This document shows positions 47,168 through 57,664 of a stretch of DNA of 64,000 bases, piece after piece (position 1 is the first letter of the stretch; every line of letters begins with the position of its first letter). The notes beneath the pieces are model-generated. The model saw only the letters and a program-made list of their open reading frames with translations, did no database searches and was not told the origin of the DNA. The translations under genes were made by a program, and so were the position numbers. This DNA is from Bacteroidales bacterium. Lineage in GTDB: Bacteria; Bacteroidota; Bacteroidia; Bacteroidales; UBA7960. The stretch spans positions 7,578 through 71,577 of the forward strand of contig SLSZ01000066.1 in assembly GCA_007130125.1 (NCBI GenBank), in the 5' to 3' direction.

Positions 47168-47842
47168 ATGGATCCAAAGAAATCAAAAAAAGCTGACCTT
47201 GAAAGCAAAAAAAGCCTGTTTTTTCAAATAGGCGTAGCGCTGGCCTTAGTGGCTGTGTTTTTTGCTTTTGACATTAAGCAATATGAAAGGCCGGATTTTG
47301 ACCTGGGCACATTAGAACTGGACATCATTGAAGAGGAAGATATTCCAATAACCCGCCCTGAAGAGCCGCCACCACCTCCTCCACCGGAAGCCTCACAAGA
47401 GCTTATAATTGTGGATGATGATGTGGAAGTTGAAGATGAGTTTATCATTGATGCAGAGGCTGATCTCGATGAGGCTATCCCGGATTATGAGCCTGTCGTA
47501 TTTGAAGAAGAAGAAGAAGCTGATGATTATATCTTTACAATTGTAGAGGACCAGCCTGAGTTTCCAGGTGGACAAGAAGCCATGTATGAATTTTTGAGAA
47601 AAAATATAAGATATCCTACAATGGCACGCGAAGCAGGAATTCAGGGAACCGTATTTGTTACGTTCGTTGTTGAGCCCGATGGATCAATCACAAACGTTGA
47701 GGTTGTCAGAGGTATTGGCGGTGGATGTGACCAGGAAGCTGTAAGAGTAGTAAGAAGCATGCCACCATGGAACCCAGGAAAACAAAGAGGTCAGGCAGTA
47801 AGGGTTCAGTTTAACTTACCGGTTAGATTCCAGTTGAACTAG
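47168..47842 (+). CDS. tonB: TonB family energy transducer
   Basis: N-terminal TM, proline-rich spacer EEPPPPPPPE, acidic stretch, and TonB_C domain (PEFPGG..A...FL.KN.RYP..A...GIQGTVFVTFVVEPDGSITNVEVVRGIG.GCD.EA.RV...MP.W.PG.Q.G). Confidence 0.9.
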   Translation: MDPKKSKKADLESKKSLFFQIGVALALVAVFFAFDIKQYERPDFDLGTLELDIIEEEDIPITRPEEPPPPPPPEASQELIIVDDDVEVEDEFIIDAEADLDEAIPDYEPVVFEEEEEADDYIFTIVEDQPEFPGGQEAMYEFLRKNIRYPTMAREAGIQGTVFVTFVVEPDGSITNVEVVRGIGGGCDQEAVRVVRSMPPWNPGKQRGQAVRVQFNLPVRFQLN

Positions 47843-47864
47843 GACATAAATAAAAAATCATAAT

Positions 47865-47907
47865 AAAAAAAGCGGCCTTTGGTTAAATACAAAGGCCGCT
47901 TTTTTTT
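47865..47907. terminator. Bidirectional rho-independent terminator between convergent tonB and asmA-like genes
   Basis: A6 run, stem AGCGGCCTTT (47871-47880) / AAAGGCCGCT (47891-47900), a 10-nt loop, and a T7 run (47901-47907). Confidence 0.85.
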
Positions 47908-47940
47908 ATTAAATGACAACTCTATTTATTTTATTAACTG

Positions 47941-50793
47941 TTATTCTTCGCCTGCTCTAATACGTTCTGCTTTCTTTTCTGCTTCATCTATTATTCTTTG
48001 AGCTTTTTTCTCTCCTTCTTGTTCGAGTTGGTCAGCTCTTTCATTTGCCTTTTTTATAAGCTCCTCTCCTGTTCTTCTGGCGGCTGCTTTAGCAAGAGGG
48101 CCACTGGCTTCTGCTTCTAGTTTTGCAGCTTGCTCTTCTGCTTCATCTCTCACTTTTTGGGCCGCTCTTTTTGCCTCCTCTCTAACACGCTCAGCTTGTC
48201 TGTGAGCTTCAGCCAATACCTGCTCCGCCCTTTTCTCTAACTCCTCACTTACACGCTCGCCGGCTTCATCAATATACTCATCTACTTCTTCGCGTATACG
48301 TTCTTCGGCCTCATCACGCAAACGTTCAGCTTCTTCTTCCAATTGATCACGAATACCCTCCGTTGCACTCTTCCTCATTTCCGACAAACCCAGTGACAAT
48401 TCAGGGTCAGTAAAAGTTCCTGTTACATTTGCATTTATCTTAACATCTTCATCCAACTTAATATCCAACCCCATTGCAGAAGCCTGGGAAACCATTCCGT
48501 TTACAATCTGGTTTGCGCTTTCCCCCAGTTCGCTGCGAGGCATACGAAACTCCATATTATAATTGATACTTTGGTCAAAATGGGTTTCGCCGGCAATTGT
48601 TGCTGAAGATTTACCAAAGCGTATATCAAAAGGGTCAAATACCAGTTTCCCTTCACTAAAAGTAAACCTAACCCTAAACTCATCAACCTCCAACCTTTTA
48701 AGTCTGTCCATTTTCAATCCTTCAGCAATTTTCTGCATAGAAGGAGGCCCTTCCACTCTAATACCGGAAGAACTTAAAAGGCCGCCACCTTCCATGCTTT
48801 CCAACACCGGGTTAAGCTCATCATCAAGTCTTGATTTCAGCTTTACTGAAGCATTGAATTTGCCGTGAGAATATTCACCCACCGGCGCAAGAATCTGCAC
48901 TGTATTAAAGGTATTAAAAGTATTTTGTATATCAAAACCTACTATATCCAGAGAAAAGTCAACATCAGCAAAATCTTGTTCTTTTGTACTGTATGCACCG
49001 TTAATTGACAGCTTACCATCCAATAGGTTCATGTTTAAGTTATCCATGCGAGCCTGATTATCCACTACCCTGATTGTACCATTTACCTCCGTAATGTCAA
49101 GATCACCAAAAAGAATATGGTCTATACGGGAATTCAAGGTAAAATCAATATTTCCGGGCACTTCTATAATTGACAACTCCATTGGCTCTGTCTCTTCTGC
49201 AGGTTGCTCAGGCGTTTCAGCCATGAATTGATTTGCATCAACATAATTTGCCCTTAAGTTAAATATGCCATGTAAAGCCTGGTCGCTGAAAAGATAACCG
49301 AATATATTATCAATACGCCCATCTGCTAATAGCTGTGTTTCACCATATTCAAAATCAAATGATGATAATTGAAAATGATGCGGAGATAAATCAAAAACAG
49401 CATCATTCAAAACTATCCTTTCATCAAAAGCAGGGGATTTATATTCAACATCTTTGAATTCAAGCAACCCTCTTGCCTCTAACTCGTCATACCTTTCCTG
49501 TTCAATTGAAGATAATCTTCCCCTGGCGAATATGTCACCCTTTATATTTCCGCTTATATCTTCTTCCGGTGGCAATGGATATATTTTATCTATTTCTGCC
49601 AGGTCAACATCGCATTCAAAAACAAAGTCAAACTGAGGATCTGAAACAGGGGTTTTTAGGTTAAACCTGGCACTCACCGGATTCTCTGCCATTAGAAAGC
49701 TAAACCGGGAAACATCAATAACCGTATTATCTACTTTATTCCCCTCGTTTACAACTTCAGCTTTTATTTGTATATCATTCACCGAGCCGGGCAGATCTGG
49801 ATAAGTAAAACTACCGTCTTCAAGCAAAATGTTTAATCCGAAAGATGGGATTATTTCTCCACTAAGAATCCCGGCCAAATGGCCGTCAAGAGCAAAGTGA
49901 CCCGAAGTTTGAATAGACTCAAAATCTTGTGCATAAATTGCAGGGATCATTGATATAAAAGTTCTTATATCAGATTTTTTGGAAAAGAAGGTTATGTCCA
50001 TATTCATATCTTCTCCGGGAGGCATGGCAAAATAACCATCAAAGCCGACAGCAAGGTCATTTAGCAAAAGCTCATTCTCTTTAAAAGTAAAATGAAATTG
50101 TGAAAAGATCACATCAATATCTGCTACCAAATCTAAATACACCCTGGTAACCAAAGGTATTCCTTCTATATGCATAGTGAAAGAATCGGCAGTTGTATAA
50201 GGTATTGACAAAGTCGCATCATCGGCAGTAAAATCACCACTAAGCTTGTGGTTCAGATTCTTAAGTTCAATATAAACTTCAAACGGAGCATCATCATAAA
50301 TAATATTGCCCCTTCTTATTTCAAAGCTACGTAAAGCAAGGTTAAATTCAAAAGGCTCTTTATCTTCATCTATCTCTTCTTCAACAATTTCTTCAGATGG
50401 TATCATAATATCCCAGTTAGCCTGTCCGTCCTCCAAAACAATTACATTCACCTCAGGATCATCAAGTCTTATAGAACGTACTTCATAGGTGTCTCCTCTG
50501 AATAAACTCATAATATCAATGGTTACAAAGATTGAACCTATATCAGCAAGCGTAACTCCTTCAAAAGTATCAACACCCTTAACCGACAGGTCGTTAAGCC
50601 TTAAAGACACATTCGGGAAGTTACGAATAAAAGACAACCTAAATGTGCCAAAGTCAACTTCGGCATTTACACTTTTGTTTATCTCTTCTTTTGCAGTTTC
50701 AACAATCTTGCCCTTAAATGCATATGGCAAAATAACAAGCAATGCAAAAATGATTGCAATTACTATTGCTGCAATTTTGAGTATTTTTTTCAT
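47941..50793 (-). CDS. AsmA family protein with C-terminal Glu/Arg/Ala-rich helical tail
   Basis: N-terminal TM anchor plus an AsmA-like beta-rich body (950 aa). The last ~150 aa are RDQLEEEAERLRDEAEERIREEVDEYIDEAGERVSEELEKRAEQVLAEAHRQAERVREEAKRAAQKVRDEAEEQAAKLEAEA... Confidence 0.7.
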   Translation of the reverse strand: MKKILKIAAIVIAIIFALLVILPYAFKGKIVETAKEEINKSVNAEVDFGTFRLSFIRNFPNVSLRLNDLSVKGVDTFEGVTLADIGSIFVTIDIMSLFRGDTYEVRSIRLDDPEVNVIVLEDGQANWDIMIPSEEIVEEEIDEDKEPFEFNLALRSFEIRRGNIIYDDAPFEVYIELKNLNHKLSGDFTADDATLSIPYTTADSFTMHIEGIPLVTRVYLDLVADIDVIFSQFHFTFKENELLLNDLAVGFDGYFAMPPGEDMNMDITFFSKKSDIRTFISMIPAIYAQDFESIQTSGHFALDGHLAGILSGEIIPSFGLNILLEDGSFTYPDLPGSVNDIQIKAEVVNEGNKVDNTVIDVSRFSFLMAENPVSARFNLKTPVSDPQFDFVFECDVDLAEIDKIYPLPPEEDISGNIKGDIFARGRLSSIEQERYDELEARGLLEFKDVEYKSPAFDERIVLNDAVFDLSPHHFQLSSFDFEYGETQLLADGRIDNIFGYLFSDQALHGIFNLRANYVDANQFMAETPEQPAEETEPMELSIIEVPGNIDFTLNSRIDHILFGDLDITEVNGTIRVVDNQARMDNLNMNLLDGKLSINGAYSTKEQDFADVDFSLDIVGFDIQNTFNTFNTVQILAPVGEYSHGKFNASVKLKSRLDDELNPVLESMEGGGLLSSSGIRVEGPPSMQKIAEGLKMDRLKRLEVDEFRVRFTFSEGKLVFDPFDIRFGKSSATIAGETHFDQSINYNMEFRMPRSELGESANQIVNGMVSQASAMGLDIKLDEDVKINANVTGTFTDPELSLGLSEMRKSATEGIRDQLEEEAERLRDEAEERIREEVDEYIDEAGERVSEELEKRAEQVLAEAHRQAERVREEAKRAAQKVRDEAEEQAAKLEAEASGPLAKAAARRTGEELIKKANERADQLEQEGEKKAQRIIDEAEKKAERIRAGEE

Positions 50794-50931
50794 ATCAAAA
50801 GTCTTTTAGTTTAAGCTTTGGTATTTAGTACTTATTCAATTGTATAAAATGTATTTGAAATTCTGATTTTTAATAAAGTATATCTGTCAATGTTTACGTT
50901 TTTAGTTCTTAACCCATGGGACCCTCATGCT

Positions 50932-52026
50932 TTACACATTCACTTTATTTACATCTGAGGATTTCTTTTTCAAATAATGGTCCATGATCACCATAGCCGC
51001 CATCCCTTCAACAATAGGCACTGCCCTGGGCACAACACATGGATCGTGCCTGCCTTTGGCAGAGAATTTTGTTGAGCTCCCGGTGTTATCAATGGTAGTT
51101 TGTTCTTTCCTTATTGTAGGCGTTGGTTTAAATGCAACTCTGAAATAAATATCCATTCCATTACTAATGCCGCCCTGTATGCCGCCAGAGTTATTGGTAG
51201 AGGTTTTGATCCGGTCATTTTCCAAAACAAAAGGGTCGTTATGTTCTGATCCTTTCATTTTAGCACCGGTAAAGCCACTACCATATTCAAATCCTTTGAC
51301 AGCATTTATTGAAAGCATAGCTTTGCCAAGAGCGGAATGCAACTTGTCGTAGACTGGTTCTCCCAGGCCGGGTTTAACACCTTTAACAACACATTCTATT
51401 ACACCCCCCGTTGAATCTCCCTCTTCGATAAGTTTTTCAAGATATTGTACCATTTTTTTTGAAGTTTCATTATCAGGGCATCGTACAGGGCTTTTTTCTG
51501 TGTTTTCAAGGCTTAGTTCATAATATGGTTTATTAGCTTCAATCTCCCCAATACTTTTGACAAAAGCGTTTATTTTAATGTTATGTTTTTTAAGAAATTG
51601 TTTGGCAAGTGCACCTGCAACTACCCGGGCAGCTGTTTCTCGCGCGGAGGATCTGCCTCCACCACGCTCATCACGAGTACCGTATTTTTTTTCATACGTG
51701 TAATCACTATGTGATGGCCTGTATAGGTTTTTGAGATTATCATATTCGGCAGACCTGGAATCCTTGTTTTTTATAATAAAAGCTATAGGAGAGCCAAGAG
51801 TTCTGTTTTGGTAAATTCCGGACAAAAACTCAACGGAATCCTTTTCATCACGGGGGCTGACCAACCCGGACTGACCGGGACGGCGTCTTGATAGTTCTGT
51901 TTGCAGATGGTTATAATCAATTTCAATCCCTGCAGGGTATCCATCCAATACACCTCCCACACAGCAGCCATGAGACTCACCAAAGGTGGTTAATACCAAC
52001 ACACTCCCAATACTGTTACCAGCCAT
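50932..52026 (-). CDS. aroC: Chorismate synthase
   Basis: TTFGESHG...[57 protein letters not shown]. Confidence 0.95.
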   Translation of the reverse strand: MAGNSIGSVLVLTTFGESHGCCVGGVLDGYPAGIEIDYNHLQTELSRRRPGQSGLVSPRDEKDSVEFLSGIYQNRTLGSPIAFIIKNKDSRSAEYDNLKNLYRPSHSDYTYEKKYGTRDERGGGRSSARETAARVVAGALAKQFLKKHNIKINAFVKSIGEIEANKPYYELSLENTEKSPVRCPDNETSKKMVQYLEKLIEEGDSTGGVIECVVKGVKPGLGEPVYDKLHSALGKAMLSINAVKGFEYGSGFTGAKMKGSEHNDPFVLENDRIKTSTNNSGGIQGGISNGMDIYFRVAFKPTPTIRKEQTTIDNTGSSTKFSAKGRHDPCVVPRAVPIVEGMAAMVIMDHYLKKKSSDVNKVNV

Positions 52027-52099
52027 ATCATTAAAGTTTTATAAGAAAAGCTAACATCTAAGTTAATGATTTTTCAAATCAACCAATTATAAAAAACAG

Positions 52100-53671
52100 T
52101 TAATTTAACGGAAATCTTTCCGGCTCATCAGCTACTTTAGCAGCTATTGCAAAAACAACTTTTATAATGTTAGTGAGATTATCATAGTTGATCTTATCCG
52201 GTGTATCGGTAGGTTTGTGGTAATCGGGGTGCATTCCCGTATTAATTACAACAGCAGGAATTCCATTCTTAACAAACGGGTAATGATCGGACCCAAAGTA
52301 GTACATGAGTGTCCCAAATGAAAGTCCTGCACGTTCAAGCACAATATTATCCATTGATTTGTCAATCCTTCGAAAAGTGCGCCACAAAGGCCTTCTTAAC
52401 CCCGACATGACATGAACATTAGCATATCCGGCCTCGCCAACTGGATGGTCAGACCGCCCTATCATATCCATGTTTATAACAAGTGCAGTTTTGTCCAGTG
52501 GAAATACAGGGTTTGCCACATAGTATGATGATCCGTTAAGCCCGCTTTCTTCAGCTCCAAATGCGATAAAAACAACACTTCTTCTGAAATCCACTCCATT
52601 GGATTTAGCTTGCGCGAACATACGAGCCAACTCCATAACCGCAGCAGTACCTGATGCATTATCATCCGCTCCATAATAAATGTCATCCCCTCTTTTACCC
52701 AAATGATCGTAATGCCCGCATATTATTACCACCTCTTCTTTCAGGTCAGTTCCCTCAATATAACCAATAACATTATCATCATATTTAACAACCTCCATCA
52801 ATTGAAAAGAAGTTGTGAATCTAAGATCCTTATAAATGGGTTCCGGCAACACTCCTTCACGCTCGGCAAGCAAAGCTTCATTATGCCGGTCTTTCAGAGA
52901 TTCTTCAAAAAAAATTGTAAAAAAACTTTCATCAAACAAGAAAACACCTATGTCATTATCCATAACAGGCAGATAATTGTACAACCAATCTCTTTCTTCT
53001 ATAACGCTCATACCAAAAACTCCATCGGGATATTGATGACTTGAAATACTGCTTTCAGCGGAAATAATTTCTTGTACTTCACTTGTAAAAATATCGGTTA
53101 GTTTTTTTCTTTCACCCCTTATAGCAAACCCAAAAAACTTAGCCCCGGTATTTTCAGCAAGATCTTCCAGTCTCCTTGTAGCATCAAGCATATCTTCAGC
53201 AAGAAAAAAAACAAGGGTGTCCTTGCCTGTGTAGCCAACCATATCTCCTGATGAATAACCAACAAATTTAACGGGCATCTCTGCAGGCGAATCATGAGAG
53301 CCTAAATTTAACGATGTAGTTGCTGCAAATGAGTGCATTGACAAACCAGACAAGTAAGGAGAACCATCGTGATATACAAATGTTTCTCCCCTGTTAATTT
53401 TACTTACAGGAATTTTTTGAAAATATGGTTCATCATTATTATTTATACCTTTTAGCCCGGCAAGACCAAATTGCTCAGCAATATAGCCGGCAGCCATTTC
53501 CCTGCCTTCGTCAGGAAATTTCCGCCCGCGCATACTGTCAGAAGCAAGCGTAAAAACATCATTAATTATTCTTTCTTTTGATGCCTCTATTATAACAGGC
53601 TTATAATCCGCAGCAGCAGAAAAAAGATTAACACTTAAAAAAAGCAGTAAAAAAATTAGTGGCTTACACAT
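52100..53671 (-). CDS. M28 family metallopeptidase (secreted)
   Basis: Signal peptide. HYDHLG, GADDNASGTAAVMELAR, AFGAEESGLNGS, MDMIGR, SDHYPF (M28 zinc-ligand blocks). 523 aa. Confidence 0.85.
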   Translation of the reverse strand: MCKPLIFLLLFLSVNLFSAAADYKPVIIEASKERIINDVFTLASDSMRGRKFPDEGREMAAGYIAEQFGLAGLKGINNNDEPYFQKIPVSKINRGETFVYHDGSPYLSGLSMHSFAATTSLNLGSHDSPAEMPVKFVGYSSGDMVGYTGKDTLVFFLAEDMLDATRRLEDLAENTGAKFFGFAIRGERKKLTDIFTSEVQEIISAESSISSHQYPDGVFGMSVIEERDWLYNYLPVMDNDIGVFLFDESFFTIFFEESLKDRHNEALLAEREGVLPEPIYKDLRFTTSFQLMEVVKYDDNVIGYIEGTDLKEEVVIICGHYDHLGKRGDDIYYGADDNASGTAAVMELARMFAQAKSNGVDFRRSVVFIAFGAEESGLNGSSYYVANPVFPLDKTALVINMDMIGRSDHPVGEAGYANVHVMSGLRRPLWRTFRRIDKSMDNIVLERAGLSFGTLMYYFGSDHYPFVKNGIPAVVINTGMHPDYHKPTDTPDKINYDNLTNIIKVVFAIAAKVADEPERFPLN

Positions 53672-54245
53672 TTTTGGTAAAACTTTTTATACGTTCAATA
53701 CAATATTTTAATTAATTAAGCTGTAAGGTTACTTATAAGTTCTAATAACTAAATGATAAAACTAATTAAAAGGAACATCAAATTATTCGGGTATAGCAAA
53801 ATATCGCAAACAAATTTACATAAAAAAGATTGTAATTTATTTAAGATACTTATTAGTCTTTAATAAAAATCCTGATAATGTCATCAGTTTAGGAAAATCA
53901 TTATATTTGTTTATTGTTGTTAGCTATATAGTTCAAACAAAACAAAATATTAACCTGGATTAAACATAATATTTATAGTATTTCAAAGATATTCAAACAG
54001 ACATGAACCCTGGGTGATGCCTGGCTATGATATGGCATATAATATTCTTGAATATGCTTTGGTTAAATTGAAAAATATGCCCGATGATAAGCATTCATGC
54101 CAGTTTCCGGTTATACTCGTAATAAAAAATTAAATCATACTGTATTTTGACATCGAAAATTTTTACTTTTACAGAAAAAAAACAACAACGTGTTGCATAT
54201 ATCTTTTAGTTACAACGAAACATTAATTAACAAAACTATAACCCA

Positions 54246-55283
54246 ATGAACAGCCTTTTTGTAAAAAACCATGCAGTTGTATTTTTCTTGTTATGTGCAA
54301 TTGCCTTTTCTTGTGTTCCGGCAAGAAAATATGAAGACCTGCAAGCGCGCAGGCAACAATGCGAAGACAGTAATGTTGAATTGCAGGCTGAAAACGAAAA
54401 GCTTCACACCAAAAACACTGAATTATCAAGCCAAATAGAGCAGCAAGAAAAGTCTATTGAAAATCTTGTAAAAGATACTACCAGGATGGGCGAGAATTAC
54501 AGAAGTTTAAGAAAGAGCTATGACCAACTCCATAAGACTTATCAAATACTTCTGGATAAGAACGAACAGTTGCTGGAGGGCGACCGTAGTGAAACTCAGC
54601 GTATATTGGAACGTTTACAGGAAACTCAGAAAGATCTTCAAAAACGGGAGGATGAATTGCAAAAAGCAGCGCTTGAGCTTGAAGAAAAAGAGAAAAGACT
54701 TAATGATCTTAACCAAAAATTACAAGCTTCCATTAAAGAAATGGAGCTTAAAGATGCCCGCCTGACGGAGCTTGAATCAATTCTTAACAAGCAGGACTCA
54801 ATGGTTAATGCTTTGCGTAAAAGAGTATCTGATGCTTTGCTTGGCTTTGAAGATAAAGGCTTGTCTGTAGATGTTAGAAAAGGAAAGGTTTATGTTTCAC
54901 TCGATGAAAGTTTGCTTTTCGAATCCGGCAAGTACGAAGTTGACCCGGGTGGCGTAAGAGCTCTAAAAGAGCTGGCAAAAGTTCTGGAACGCAATCCCGA
55001 TATTAACGTTATGGTTGAAGGGCATACCGATGATGTTCCGCTTATTCCTTCAGGCGACTTACAAGATAACTGGGACTTAAGCGTTATGCGTGCAACTTCA
55101 ATTGTCAAAATATTATTACAACAAGGCAATATTGATCCACAAAGACTTACTGCCGCCGGCAGGGGAGAGTATATGCCTATTGACCCAGCAAAAACCCCCG
55201 AGGCAAGAAGAAAAAACAGACGCACAGAGATAATACTTACTCCTAAGCTTGATGAACTGTTCCAAATTATTGAATCCAATTAA
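54246..55283 (+). CDS. OmpA/MotB-domain lipoprotein with long N-terminal coiled coil
   Basis: Lipobox AFSCV. About 170 aa of heptad-like coiled coil (LQAENEKLHTKNTELSSQIEQQEK...LELEEKEKRLNDLNQKLQ). C-terminal OmpA_C-like domain (VEGHTDDVP....NWDLSVMRATSIV..L......RLTAAGRGEY.P.......EARRKNRRTEIIL). Confidence 0.8.
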   Translation: MNSLFVKNHAVVFFLLCAIAFSCVPARKYEDLQARRQQCEDSNVELQAENEKLHTKNTELSSQIEQQEKSIENLVKDTTRMGENYRSLRKSYDQLHKTYQILLDKNEQLLEGDRSETQRILERLQETQKDLQKREDELQKAALELEEKEKRLNDLNQKLQASIKEMELKDARLTELESILNKQDSMVNALRKRVSDALLGFEDKGLSVDVRKGKVYVSLDESLLFESGKYEVDPGGVRALKELAKVLERNPDINVMVEGHTDDVPLIPSGDLQDNWDLSVMRATSIVKILLQQGNIDPQRLTAAGRGEYMPIDPAKTPEARRKNRRTEIILTPKLDELFQIIESN

Positions 55284-55324
55284 TCTCAATTTAAATGTAT
55301 TTCTAATCAAAAAACCTTGTTAAT

Positions 55325-56782
55325 ATGAAAAAAAACAATCTTTCCCTGGAAAATTTAGAGGCAATGCTGCCTGACGATCTTACTCAACAACAAAAAGCTA
55401 AAGCTAAAACCCTGTTTTACAAAGAGCTGGCGTTAAAAGCCCACAAGTTTTATAACGGTAAAATGCAAACTTTACCCAAAGCTCCTGTTTTAGGGTTTAA
55501 TTGGTTTAATGCATGGTATACACCCGGGGTTTCAAATATTTCAACTACAATAAGAGACAACAATGACGCTTCTTTTGAATTATCCAACCGTGGCAACCTG
55601 GTAGCTGTTGTTAGTGACTCAACAAGAGTATTGGGCGATGGAGACTGCACTCCCCCCGGAGGTTTGGGTGTTATGGAAGGCAAAGCCTTTCTTATGAAAT
55701 ACCTTGGAGGTTGCGATGGAATTGCTGTTTGTGTGGACAGCCGTAACGAAAAAGGAGAAAATGACCCTGATAAGATTATTGATTTTGTTAAAATGTGCCA
55801 ATACAGTTATGGAGCTATAAATCTTGAAGACATATCACAACCAAATTGTTATAAAGTTCTTGATGTGCTAAGGGAAGAGTGTCAAATCCCAGTATGGCAC
55901 GATGATGCCCAAGGAACTGCCTGTGTAGCTCTCGCAGGCCTGATAAATGCTCTAAAGCTGGTTGATAAAAAAATAGAAGATGCAAAGATCGTTTTTTATG
56001 GAGCAGGTGCTTCAAATGCTACTATTGCCCGAATCGTTACTACTTATGGTGCAGACCCTGCAAAAATCATAATGTTCGACTCTAAAGGTTCTCTTCATTC
56101 CGGCCGCTCCGACATTGAAAAAGACAAAAGATTTTACCGGAAGTGGGAACTTTGCCAGGTTACAAATCCAAACAAAATAGAAACAATGGAAGAAGCCATG
56201 AAAGGAGCGGATGCGCTAATCTCAATGTCACGACCAGGACCGGATGTAATTAAACCGGAATGGATAGAAGTTATGGCTGACAAATCTATTGTCTTTGTTT
56301 GTGCAAACCCTGTTCCCGAAATATATCCATACGCAGCTAAAGAAGCCGGTGCACATATAGTAGCAACAGGACGCGGAGACTTCCCAAACCAGGTAAACAA
56401 CTCTGTTGGATTCCCCGGCATATTAAAAGGAGCCTTAATGGCAAGAGCTAGCAGTATTACCGACAACATGGCAATAGCAGCTGCTAAATCTATCGCACGA
56501 TTTTCTGAAAAAAGAGGAATTAATACAGACAACATAATTGCTAAAATGGATGAATCTGAAGTATTCCCTTTTGAAGCTGCAGACGTTGCTATGCAAGCAA
56601 TTGAAGATGGAGTGGCAAGAAAAAAACTAACATGGCAGGAAGCATACGATTGGGCCACCGCTGACATAAATAACGCCAGGGAATCAACCCACAAACTGTT
56701 TGAAGCAGGCCTTATCGAAAACCCTCCTGAAGATATGATAAAAAATGCTTTGGACAATGCAATTAAAAAAGTTAAAAGCTAA
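55325..56782 (+). CDS. NAD(P)-dependent malic enzyme (short form, no PTA domain)
   Basis: YTPGV, VAVVSDSTRVLGDGD....GGLGVMEGKA.L.K.LGG.D, NLEDISQPNC, WHDDAQGTA.V.LAGL.NAL, FYGAGASN. 485 aa. Confidence 0.9.
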   Translation: MKKNNLSLENLEAMLPDDLTQQQKAKAKTLFYKELALKAHKFYNGKMQTLPKAPVLGFNWFNAWYTPGVSNISTTIRDNNDASFELSNRGNLVAVVSDSTRVLGDGDCTPPGGLGVMEGKAFLMKYLGGCDGIAVCVDSRNEKGENDPDKIIDFVKMCQYSYGAINLEDISQPNCYKVLDVLREECQIPVWHDDAQGTACVALAGLINALKLVDKKIEDAKIVFYGAGASNATIARIVTTYGADPAKIIMFDSKGSLHSGRSDIEKDKRFYRKWELCQVTNPNKIETMEEAMKGADALISMSRPGPDVIKPEWIEVMADKSIVFVCANPVPEIYPYAAKEAGAHIVATGRGDFPNQVNNSVGFPGILKGALMARASSITDNMAIAAAKSIARFSEKRGINTDNIIAKMDESEVFPFEAADVAMQAIEDGVARKKLTWQEAYDWATADINNARESTHKLFEAGLIENPPEDMIKNALDNAIKKVKS

Positions 56783-56813
56783 CCATTAAATAAATTAACA
56801 AACGTTAATAAAA

Positions 56814-56866
56814 ACAGCCTTCTGGCGGTCAACAATAAACATAATGACCGGAAGGCTGTTTTTTTA
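56814..56866 (+). terminator. Rho-independent terminator after the malic enzyme gene
   Basis: Stem ACAGCCTTCTGG (56814-56825) / CCGGAAGGCTGT (56848-56859), 11/12 pairs, a 22-nt loop, and a T-run to 56866. Confidence 0.75.
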
Positions 56867-56946
56867 ATAAAAAAACAAGACATGCGAATTGTTAATATTT
56901 TTTTAATTTTGCTTTCCGGTTTTTAGTTAATCAAATATTTTTTGAT

Positions 56947-57537
56947 ATGATAGCTTACATTGAAGGTTTAATGGTAGAAAAAAACCCGGCTTATGTTGTT
57001 GTTGAATGCAACGGAATTGGTTATATGATAAACATATCATTATACACTTATTCACACCTTCCTGAGTCGGGCAATGTTAAGCTTTTTACTCATTTGGCCA
57101 TCAGGGAAGATGCCCATGTTCTTTTTGGCTTTTTCACTGTAAATGAAAAAGAATTATTCAGGGATTTAATTTCTGTGTCGGGAGTAGGCCCCAACACAGC
57201 AAGGGTTATATTGTCATCCTACGCCCCGGAGGAAATTAAAAAAGCTATTATTGAAAACAACCCTCAAATATTGCAGTCGGTAAAAGGAATTGGAGCCAAA
57301 ACAGCACAACGTGTGGTTGTTGATTTGACAGGTCGTTTCAAGAAAGAAGCTTTAACAAAGGACGAATTTTTGTCAACAACAAACAATACCACCCGAAATG
57401 AGGCGTTATCTGCTTTAGTAATGCTTGGCTTTGCCAAGAACACCGTAGAAAAAATACTTGATAAAATCACTGGTTCTTACGAAAGTAAAAACCTTTCTTC
57501 TGAAGCTCTCGTTAAAGAAGCTTTAAAAAAGCTATAG
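56947..57537 (+). CDS. ruvA: Holliday junction branch migration complex subunit RuvA
   Basis: MIAYIEG......P.YVV.ECNGIGY...ISL.TY, RED...LFGF, E.ELF..LISVSGVGPNTAR.ILS, L..VKGIGAKTAQR. Confidence 0.95.
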   Translation: MIAYIEGLMVEKNPAYVVVECNGIGYMINISLYTYSHLPESGNVKLFTHLAIREDAHVLFGFFTVNEKELFRDLISVSGVGPNTARVILSSYAPEEIKKAIIENNPQILQSVKGIGAKTAQRVVVDLTGRFKKEALTKDEFLSTTNNTTRNEALSALVMLGFAKNTVEKILDKITGSYESKNLSSEALVKEALKKL

Positions 57538-57664
57538 TGTGTGAAATGAAGTGAAAAAGCATGGCTGATATTTAATGATCTCTTAAAAGAAAGATGCCGA
57601 AAATCGCTGGTTTATTCTGTTTCACATCCTTGATAAGTTTTGTTGTTTTTAAAATAAGAATTGG

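Noticed and set aside
56134-56757. 207-aa minus-strand ORF; similarly 18599..19120 (173 aa), 21911..22309, 29781..30083, 33602..33964, 54890..55279, and all minus-strand or off-frame ORFs within 57887-63572
   Set aside because: All lie fully antisense to, or out of frame within, strongly supported genes (malic enzyme, mscS, pfkA, yebC, the exb small protein, ompA, sprA). They have low-complexity Ser/Ala/Ile-rich translations with no motifs. These are typical shadow ORFs.
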